Both the position numbers and the translations under genes were made by a program. DNA of 64,000 nucleotides from Macrostomum hystrix (taxonomy: Eukaryota; Animalia; Platyhelminthes). The notes under the pieces were generated by a model. That model was not told the origin of the DNA. It worked only from the letters and a program-made list of their open reading frames with translations, and ran no database searches. The DNA lies in the NCBI GenBank assembly GCA_950097015.1, contig CATNEN010000030.1:124001-188000 (forward strand), in the 5' to 3' direction. Below, piece after piece: positions 25,118 through 33,274 of this stretch; position 1 is the stretch's first letter; every line of letters starts with the position of its first letter.

Positions 25118-25771
25118 TCGAAGACAGAAGCAAAATTGCTACCGCTACACGTTCTGCTACACACTACACATCATCGGCGTCTAACCCTGACCAAAAAAAA
25201 ACAAGTGCCGACTTAAAGGGCATAAGCACCGTCATAGTTGCCTGTTTGTCTGGCTGCGACCGCCTAGTTTGGAGTACTAGCAGCTTGAAGTTAGAAGCCG
25301 CAGCAACCCAATTGGCTGATTACCCAATTGGCTGCCAACCAATCAGAGACGACCTTACTAGTGGCCGACCTCAAGCGCAACGTAATTGTACGTCCTCAGC
25401 CAGAGCGACAACACCCCACGAGCTCAACACGCCGCGGCACTGGCAGTACTGGCTTGGTGAGGCTGTCTCGTTTTTAGGCTTAGAAATAGTTTTTTGCATA
25501 GGGCCCGTCTGGCAGAGTTTAGCACATAAAATTTTGGTCGTTCACCAGTGTTTCCTAGAATTTGAATAGGGGCCTCTTTCTCTGCCAGGCAATTCTGTTT
25601 ATGCCTTCACCTTTAATCTTCCTATCTCCTCTTTTCCTATTCTCATTCCGCTTTTCTAAATGATCGGAGAGGGTGACGAGGCACTGCCGCCTGATGGTGC
25701 TGGAGCTCAGGTGATCTTACAGGCAGGAGATAACCAAACTCAGTCAGCTCCACCAGGGAGGGAACAGTGAT

Positions 25772-28700
25772 GTGAAGCCACCTGAATTAAACGTAGGCCA
25801 GTTAGAACTGCAAAAAGTGCTCCAGACTCTGACTATGATACTAGAAAAAACGTGTGACAGAGAAGCATCAACAGCAGCTGAGAAAATCTCTAATTCAAGC
25901 CCTAAACTGCGACCACCACCACCATTCCAACCAGAAATGAATTTCGAGCTTTGGGAAACACAGTTCCTAACGTATGTTGATGCACACCACGTGCCAACCC
26001 CACAACAACCAGCAGTCCTGCTGTCCATGCTGGCACCTGAGTGCCAAGAATTCATCTTCAACAACTCATTGCACCATGAATCCATTCAGACAGCTCTGAT
26101 GAGGCTTAAAGAGCGATTTACAGACTCAGGAACTGAACAAAAGAGCTTTTTAGAACTAGCTTCAGCGACTCAGACAAATCTAGAATCCACACAAGAGTTC
26201 TTTGACAGGTTGATAAGGCTGTCAAAAACAGCGAACAGGAAAAAATGTGATGCTGAACCTCTAGTCCGAGCAAGGTTCTGCTATGGGCTGCGAGACAAGG
26301 CCCTTGCAGAAAGGCTGATACTTCTCGGACAAGAGAACCCATCATGGACAGCTGAAGATCTTGCAAAGAAGGCTAGGGAAATAGCAGGCGTCAAGAAGCT
26401 CCTGTCCGGTGAAACTGTCCCTCTTGTCAGGACAGCAGCCCCTGACAGAACAGCAGAGCTGGAAGCCCGTATTCGTGAACTAGAGAAACTGGTTCAGCAA
26501 AATCAGGCTTCTTTGCCAGCCTTCCAGACAGAGTCCCAATTAAAAGGGCATGCAAATCTTAATTCTACCTGTGGCCAAGGACCGCAGATACACAAAATGG
26601 ATAGTTATAGGACCAAAAACAGTCACCAATCTCGCAAGATGCGCAGGTCCTGCAACCGATGTGGTGTTGGTGATCATCATACCGCGGACTGCCCACAGCC
26701 ATTGCCCTTCGGCGGCACAGGTGGTGGAAGACTAAACACCACCGTGTCTCAGAGTCAGGTGATGGAGACAGGTACCATCACGGCTTTGAAGACTGGATTT
26801 GGCTTCATCCAACCAAGCCAAATACCAGGCTCCATCTTCTTTCATCAATCCAGCTTAGACAATGAGCTACAGCAGTTAGCCAATCAGCGCCAACTGGTAG
26901 GTACACTCGTACAGTTCTGGCGTCAAACGGACCCAGCTCACAACCGAGATAAGGCGATAGGAGTCTGCCGCTATCCATTCCCTGTCCGTTGTGATCAAAC
27001 GCTGACTAACGAGGCTAGAGTCGAGTCCAGCATGTTCGTGCAGTTAGAAATAGGTAACGATAAGTACATCGCTTGCCTTGATTCAGGTTGCAATGCTAGT
27101 GTCGTTGGAACTAAAATCAAGGACCAGCTGATCGCAAATGATCCCATAAATCACAAATTTGTCCCTGCTAGACAATACCGAGCCGCGACAGCTTTCAATG
27201 GAACCTCGTCACAGATTTTGGGCACGCTTCACTGTGAGGTCAAACTTGGAAAGAAGAAGCAGACCCACGTTTTCCTGGTAACGGAAGGTCAGGTCTCAGA
27301 TTTGCTGTTAGGAATAGACTTTATGAGAAGTTTTAGCGTTAACTTGCTTGTGGCTGATGGTCAGGTAACTGTAGCTGGAGAGCCTGTACCAGTCATTGAA
27401 GGTGACAAAGGAGTTTTCCAGGCACGCAGAGTCACAGCCGCCTGCAACGTGCACCTACCCCCCAGGTCAGAGACCATGGTGCCAAGCCGGGTCTCAGGTG
27501 CTGATCCTGGCACTCAGGGTGTTCTAGGCACTAAACTCTTCTGCCGGGACTCAGAGCTGTTTGTAGCACACTCCGTTGACAGTGTAAGCACCACTAACCA
27601 TGTACTCGTGCGCCTATTAAACAGTAGTGACCAGCCATCATCGATCTCCATGGGGCAGGAAATCGCCTCTTTTAGGAGCCTTGAACATGGGGATTCAATT
27701 TCTGTCACGCCTGTATCTGAGAAAGATTTCTCCATCAGCAGCTCTGAAGATCTTGGAGCCAAGCTTGCAAAACTCCCTGACCCAGACCCAGGAATAGCAT
27801 CTTGGCTGACGACACAGTTTAAGCTCAATGAGACCACCCTATCGAAAAACCAGCTGACAGTAACACTTAAACTGCTGAACTATTTTAGTAGTCAGATATC
27901 GCTAAACGAAACAGACCTAGGAAAAACACATGTACACGAGATGACAATTGAGCTGCAGGAGTCGGCTTGCCGCCCCATCTGGCAGCCATCTAGGCGCACG
28001 ACTCCCTCGCAGAAAGAATTTTTAGACAAACATATAAGCCAGTTAGTAAACCAAGGAATCATTGAAGAGTGTGACTCTGAGTGGTCCTCTCCAATAGTCT
28101 TAGTTCGAAAAAAAGATGGTTCCCAACGACTGTGTATTGACTATCGACAGGTCAACAAAGTAATCAAGCCATGCACCTTTCCTTTACCACTAATAGAAGA
28201 ATCGTTTGATAGCCTAGCAGAGTCGAAAATATTTTCCAGTTTAGATCTCACCGCAGCTTATTGGCAAGTAGGTATTCGCGAATGCGATCGAGACATCACA
28301 GCATTCTCATGCCCCCAGGGCACCTTCCGATGGAAGGTCGTACCCTTTGGCATCAAGACAGCACCGGCAAACTTTGCCAAGCTTATGCACAAAGTGTTCA
28401 GGCCTTTACTCATGCGCGTTAGTCTTATTTATCTAGATGATATAATCATAAAGGCCAGGGACAATGACGAAATGATCGTCCACTTGGCGCTTGTCCTCTG
28501 GCAACTTAAAAAGGCAAACCTTAAAATTAAACCAGCTAAATGTGAACTTTTCAAGGATCGCGTTCGGTTCTTAGGCTTCGTTGTTTCAGCTCATGGAATC
28601 GAAGCCGACCCAGCGAAGATCGACGCGGTTAAGAATTGGTGCAAACCATCAGATAAAAAGCAATTATTAGCGTTCCTAGGATTCGCGAACTATTATAGAA

Positions 28701-31700
28701 AGTTCGTGCAACGTTTTTCCGTGATCGCATCGCCGCTGTATGCGCTAGCTAAAGGATCGTCGACATTCTGCTGGCTGGAGCAGCATGACAAAGCTTTCGA
28801 AGAGCTGAAAGCAAATTTGTGCGCGCCTCCAATCCTTGCGTACCCTAACCTCAGTCCGTCAGCTAGACTCTTCATCTTAGATTGCGACTCCTCGCTGGAA
28901 GGAGTTGGCGGCGTTTTGTCACAAGAAGGTCCAGGTGGTCAGGAGCACGTCGTTGCATATGCTTCGAAAAAATTCACTCAATCGCAGAGGAATTACTGCG
29001 CCACGATGCGTGAATTACTTGGACTTGTCATCATGCTGGAACATTTTCGAACATATCTGCTGGACCGTAAGTTTCTTGTGCGCTCAGACGCAGCCGCCCT
29101 ACAATGGCTACACACTAAGAAGCACTCCACAGGTATGCTAGCACAATGGCTAGCTACGATCGAAGTGTATGACTTCAGCGTGAGTCAAACACCCCTAGAG
29201 CGGCTGGCTGAATATGACTTCTCTGTTGAGCATCGTGCAGGAGTCAAGCATGTCAACGCAGATGTGCTTAGTCGTAATCCAAGATTTAGGGCTGACCATC
29301 ACGACTGTCCTACATGTAGCCAGATCGAAGCTTTCAATGAGAAGTTTAGAAGCTTAGAAGGAAAAGAAAACCAGAAGGATCAAGAGTTCGTTCAGGTACC
29401 AGTACAACTGAGAGCCACACGAACAGACACTTCCAGTCAAACAGAACCACCACCAGAACTCTGCAAGACACAACCTCAGTCAGGTAGCGACTCTGTAGTC
29501 ACAAAAACTGAATTGACGACCAGAGATAGACATGAAGCCGACGCAAAAATGGCGACAACAGAAACGCAAACGGAGCAACCAAATGTCATCAGTCGAACAT
29601 CAAACATTCCTGTACAACAGGACAGTACATGCACATTACCATCATCTGCAACCGTACTATCTGATCAACCCAATGAGGTGTCAGAAAATCAGTTTGCGCT
29701 TGCTCCCATACCTCAGATGTCAGGTGAGATCGGAGCCAATCAAAGCCAACACACGTCTCGGACAGATCAAGTAGAACAATTGGAAGAAGACTCAGACGAA
29801 GATGAGATGTCTCAGGAAGCTGAGAACATTTGGGCCAGAGATGCACAAGAGTCTAGCACGGACCTAGTCAGGCTCATCGAAGCTGTTGCAGGGAAATCTC
29901 CGAAGCTAAAGAAAGAGGAAGTTCAGGACTGTAGTCGTGAAATCCGAACGTTGTGGGCCATGTTTGACGAGCTTGAGGTTGTGGACGGTCTGTTGATTCG
30001 CGTCAAGCCCGCCAAGCAAGGTCAAATAGCCAAACGTCTCGTCATTATACCTGAAACTGCGGATATCGACGAGCTAGTGTCCTGCTATCACAGGGAAATC
30101 AACCACTGTGGAACTGGTAAAACAGTTCGAGCATTGAAGCAGAGGTTTCAAATCACAAACCTGGAAGTGTTTGTCAAAGGTGTAATAGCGGAGTGCGAGA
30201 TCTGTAGTCGGACGAAGAAAAGCAAACGCTTGAATAAAGAACCTCTGAAACCAATCCAATCAGGATACCCGAATCAAATCGTACATGCAGACCACGCAGG
30301 TCCATTCCCTGAACTAGACGGCAGTCGGTACCTGCTAATCTTAGTCGACAATTTTTCAGGATTTGTGGAGATCATACCTGTCTCTGATGTGTCTGCCGAA
30401 ACAACTGCTACAGCCATTCTAACTGAGTGGGTTGTCCGCTATGGTGCCATGGAGAGCTTGATTTCAGATAATGGAACAGCATTTGTAAACAAGACCATTG
30501 CCGAACTCGCCCGTCTACTAGAAGTAGACCTATCGCGAATCACCGCGCGCAGACCACAGGCAAACGGCAAAGCGGAGCGAACAGTGCAGACGATCAAAGC
30601 CCAGATCCGCGCTGTTTGCCTTGAAAAAAGAATAAACTGGCCGTTTGCAGCCCAGCTAGTAGGCCTCTCTATCAGAAGCACCACGGCCGAATCAACAGGA
30701 TGGACTCCAGCCAGACTCTTCTTTGGCCGCGAGCTCACCCTGCCACTGGATCTAAAGTTCAACCCTCCAAGACAAGACCGGTATAATCCAGACTCCTACG
30801 CCCACAGGCTTCACAAACTCTTGGTGGAGGTGTCTGCAATTGCTCGTCAGGTGCGAGGCAAGGCCCAGCAAAGACAAAGGCGGAATTATGACCGCAACAC
30901 CATCCATTCTAACTTCGAAATCGGCGAACTTGTCTGGGTTCTGAACCCTGACCATCGAGGATTGGACACGGCTGTGTGGCTAGGGCCGTACAAGGTGGTT
31001 CAAAAGATTTCCGAGCGAAACTACCGCCTCATACCCGAGTTCGCCCGGGTTAACCCACTTTGCCAAGCCCCGAATCCAAATCACAACATTTACAATGTAG
31101 ACCGCATTAAGCGCTGCATTCGTAAACAGACGTATCAGGATGTTGTGGACAGATTTGGACTGAGGGTTCCAGCCATGATCCCACCATCGCGGTTGGGCCT
31201 GTTAGATGATCAGTCAGTGGGTCGAGCTGACCCTAGTCCAGGAACGACCAGCGAGTCAGAAGAGCATCACCCATGCGAAAGACGCGCCAGTGAAAGTTCG
31301 GACTCCTCAGAGGACGAAGTCCGATGTCCATCTTACGCTGCGGTGTCGGTTGTGTCGGCACACACCGAGCCGCCTGAGCCACGACGCGCATCGTCGCCTG
31401 AACTACAACACATCTTGCCGACTGAACCACCGCGTGTGACGTCGCCTGACTCACGACGCACCTTGCCTCCGGATTCGCCGCCAGCAGCCTTGGAAACTTC
31501 TCTTGTAGCGATACGGCCGGATGAAGTACCTGAGGTCGGAGCGGAGGTGCAAATCCTAGCTGAACAGGGGTTTGAACCCCAGGTGATTCACTCCAACAGC
31601 ACCATTGCAGCAGTAGACGAAAGTATAAGCTCGAAAAGCTTAGGTGATAACAGTGACACCAGGCCTGGGGCGTCATTAGATGAAGACGCCGTGGAAAGTT

Positions 31701-31882
31701 CCGGCGCAGATCAACAAGCTGAGGACTTGGTGGCACCAAGTGAACCGGCAAGTGCTGGTTCCACACTTTCTCCGGTCATGACGACCCGTTCCGGTCGTCA
31801 GGTGCGCAAGCCTCAACGTTTTCTAAACAGAGTGGTGCGATTTTGTACTAGACGTTCGACAAACGCGCCTACGTGCACCTAG
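25772..31882 (+). CDS. Gag-Pol polyprotein in one ORF: Gag, CCHC knuckle, cold-shock domain, aspartic protease, dUTPase-like remnant, RT, RNase H, integrase with GPY motif
   Basis: Frame open from 25715; first ATG 25832. CNRCGVGDHHTADC (26651-26692), LDSG (DSG 27080-27088), LCIDYR, YLDD (28430-28441), FILDCDSS/RELLG/RSD (RNase H), H-X4-H..CEIC, D30290/D30467-X35-E30575, WLGPY, terminal TRSGRQVRKPQRF. Confidence 0.95.
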   Translation: MKPPELNVGQLELQKVLQTLTMILEKTCDREASTAAEKISNSSPKLRPPPPFQPEMNFELWETQFLTYVDAHHVPTPQQPAVLLSMLAPECQEFIFNNSLHHESIQTALMRLKERFTDSGTEQKSFLELASATQTNLESTQEFFDRLIRLSKTANRKKCDAEPLVRARFCYGLRDKALAERLILLGQENPSWTAEDLAKKAREIAGVKKLLSGETVPLVRTAAPDRTAELEARIRELEKLVQQNQASLPAFQTESQLKGHANLNSTCGQGPQIHKMDSYRTKNSHQSRKMRRSCNRCGVGDHHTADCPQPLPFGGTGGGRLNTTVSQSQVMETGTITALKTGFGFIQPSQIPGSIFFHQSSLDNELQQLANQRQLVGTLVQFWRQTDPAHNRDKAIGVCRYPFPVRCDQTLTNEARVESSMFVQLEIGNDKYIACLDSGCNASVVGTKIKDQLIANDPINHKFVPARQYRAATAFNGTSSQILGTLHCEVKLGKKKQTHVFLVTEGQVSDLLLGIDFMRSFSVNLLVADGQVTVAGEPVPVIEGDKGVFQARRVTAACNVHLPPRSETMVPSRVSGADPGTQGVLGTKLFCRDSELFVAHSVDSVSTTNHVLVRLLNSSDQPSSISMGQEIASFRSLEHGDSISVTPVSEKDFSISSSEDLGAKLAKLPDPDPGIASWLTTQFKLNETTLSKNQLTVTLKLLNYFSSQISLNETDLGKTHVHEMTIELQESACRPIWQPSRRTTPSQKEFLDKHISQLVNQGIIEECDSEWSSPIVLVRKKDGSQRLCIDYRQVNKVIKPCTFPLPLIEESFDSLAESKIFSSLDLTAAYWQVGIRECDRDITAFSCPQGTFRWKVVPFGIKTAPANFAKLMHKVFRPLLMRVSLIYLDDIIIKARDNDEMIVHLALVLWQLKKANLKIKPAKCELFKDRVRFLGFVVSAHGIEADPAKIDAVKNWCKPSDKKQLLAFLGFANYYRKFVQRFSVIASPLYALAKGSSTFCWLEQHDKAFEELKANLCAPPILAYPNLSPSARLFILDCDSSLEGVGGVLSQEGPGGQEHVVAYASKKFTQSQRNYCATMRELLGLVIMLEHFRTYLLDRKFLVRSDAAALQWLHTKKHSTGMLAQWLATIEVYDFSVSQTPLERLAEYDFSVEHRAGVKHVNADVLSRNPRFRADHHDCPTCSQIEAFNEKFRSLEGKENQKDQEFVQVPVQLRATRTDTSSQTEPPPELCKTQPQSGSDSVVTKTELTTRDRHEADAKMATTETQTEQPNVISRTSNIPVQQDSTCTLPSSATVLSDQPNEVSENQFALAPIPQMSGEIGANQSQHTSRTDQVEQLEEDSDEDEMSQEAENIWARDAQESSTDLVRLIEAVAGKSPKLKKEEVQDCSREIRTLWAMFDELEVVDGLLIRVKPAKQGQIAKRLVIIPETADIDELVSCYHREINHCGTGKTVRALKQRFQITNLEVFVKGVIAECEICSRTKKSKRLNKEPLKPIQSGYPNQIVHADHAGPFPELDGSRYLLILVDNFSGFVEIIPVSDVSAETTATAILTEWVVRYGAMESLISDNGTAFVNKTIAELARLLEVDLSRITARRPQANGKAERTVQTIKAQIRAVCLEKRINWPFAAQLVGLSIRSTTAESTGWTPARLFFGRELTLPLDLKFNPPRQDRYNPDSYAHRLHKLLVEVSAIARQVRGKAQQRQRRNYDRNTIHSNFEIGELVWVLNPDHRGLDTAVWLGPYKVVQKISERNYRLIPEFARVNPLCQAPNPNHNIYNVDRIKRCIRKQTYQDVVDRFGLRVPAMIPPSRLGLLDDQSVGRADPSPGTTSESEEHHPCERRASESSDSSEDEVRCPSYAAVSVVSAHTEPPEPRRASSPELQHILPTEPPRVTSPDSRRTLPPDSPPAALETSLVAIRPDEVPEVGAEVQILAEQGFEPQVIHSNSTIAAVDESISSKSLGDNSDTRPGASLDEDAVESSGADQQAEDLVAPSEPASAGSTLSPVMTTRSGRQVRKPQRFLNRVVRFCTRRSTNAPTCT

Positions 31883-32387
31883 GGAGTTAGCTCATACATG
31901 TAGCAAATATTTCGCCGCCTACATCTCAAGTTCTTACTGTATTAAACTAGGTAATAAGTTTATCTTGTTAATGAGAAAATATGAAAAAAAACGTCAAAAA
32001 AAATAGAAGAAAAGTTTTTCAGAAAATTAAAAGAAGTAATGATAATAAAAACAATTTGAAGGAACTAAAATTTGACATTATGTTATTTCTTTGTATCGGA
32101 TACCAGGTTGCTGTTAGTCCGTGGAGATTGCAGGCGCTGCGTTGATCGGGTTGCGTCGCTTGCCGCACTTACTGTTCAGTGAGATGCCTGCACTTCGGGC
32201 TGTAGGGTTGGCGGTGCAGCGAGCACTCTCTGTTCATTTCTCGGGTTCCTGGCATCATTTTCGTGAGTTTAGGTCGTCGGTTTTGTCTTCTCTCTCCTTT
32301 CCTTCTCTTCTCGGGCGGGTGGCTCAGTTAGTTAGTAAAGGGGCGGGCAGGCCAGTGCCGCCAGCTGCCAAGACGTCGGTGGCTGCT

Positions 32388-32594
32388 GCACAACAGGCGA
32401 TCAAGGCCACAACAGGCGTTCCAGGGCCACAACAGGCGATCAAGGCCACAACAGGCGTTCCAGGGCCACAACAGGCGATCAAGGCCACAACAGGCGTTCC
32501 AGGGCCACCACAGGCGATCAAGGCCACAACAGGCGTTCCAGGGCCACCACAGGCGATCAAGGCCACAACAGGCGTTCCAGGGTCACCACAGGCG
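32388..32594. repeat. 39-bp tandem repeat x5 inside the retrotransposon 3' region
   Basis: caggcgatcaaggccacaacaggcgttccagggccacaa; units start at 32394 + 39n; each is a dimer of related 19/20-bp subunits. Confidence 0.93.
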
Positions 32595-33006
32595 CGACCG
32601 TGACGTTGCCTCGAACTCCGTAAATGACTTGTAGAGCACCACATCGTACAACGATCTAGTCAGAAATTTTTTATATGATAACTTGGACTATAATCAATAC
32701 TAAAACAGTTCTAACAAATATCTCTAATACAATATTTTTTCATATCGTGTTTCCGCCATAAACTTCAGTGCATTTTAATTTCCTAAATCAGTCAAATATT
32801 TTCGTGCCAATTTTGTGACCAAGAATATTCGTTTTCGATTGTCGTTTCCAGCAATATTACTCGTAGTAGGTTGCTTGCGAAGAAAAATTTAGTTTGCTTC
32901 GTTTTTAAACACCCTTTCACGTTGTTCGACGCTTAGAGACATTTATACTAGCTATTTATCGTAATTTAATGCTTTCGATTTTTTTGCGCCCACCTACCGC
33001 CTTTTC

Positions 33007-33020
33007 GGGAGGGAGGCGGG
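33007..33020 (+). promoter_or_regulatory. Polypurine tract
   Basis: gggagggaggcggg directly abuts the 3' LTR TG at 33021. Confidence 0.9.
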
Positions 33021-33274
33021 TGTGACGGTGTAACTTTGAGTCAGTTAATTGCTTATTATTTTATTTTAATAATTCATACATATTAAGTTGCGGTCAAGAT
33101 TATTTATTTGCTATGCGTGGTTACTAATTATTGTTATACTGTATCAGTCTAAGAAGCCTTTTTAAAAAGCAACGTATGTATATTTTTCTTGTAGCCAGCG
33201 TGTGTGCATCGAGAGCACTTTGACAATATACGCACAAACTTAATTACATAACATCCTTACATTTATTCGTCACA
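33021..33274 (+). repeat. 3' LTR
   Basis: Copy of 24844-25097 followed by TSD TTTG. Confidence 0.97.

Larger units (their letters stand above)
24844..33274 (+). mobile_element. Full-length Ty3/Gypsy LTR retrotransposon (8431 bp)
   Basis: 254-bp LTRs 24844-25097 and 33021-33274 with TGTGACG...CGTCACA ends; TSD TTTG (24840-24843 / 33275-33278); PBS at 25104; PPT 33007-33020; domain order Gag-PR-RT-RH-IN. Confidence 0.97.

Noticed and set aside
29180-29229. GTGAGT...AG as a micro-intron removing the duplicated RNase H motif
   Set aside because: Possible introns are only about 19-50 nt, lack a pyrimidine tract, and splicing would not restore the canonical motif.
31100-31882. Chromodomain at the integrase C-terminus
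   Set aside because: The region is P/S/E-rich and low-complexity with no aromatic-cage motif.
32121-32644. env-like third ORF in the retrotransposon
   Set aside because: Short, non-ATG start on plus, dominated by the 39-bp repeat, no furin site or fusion-protein features.
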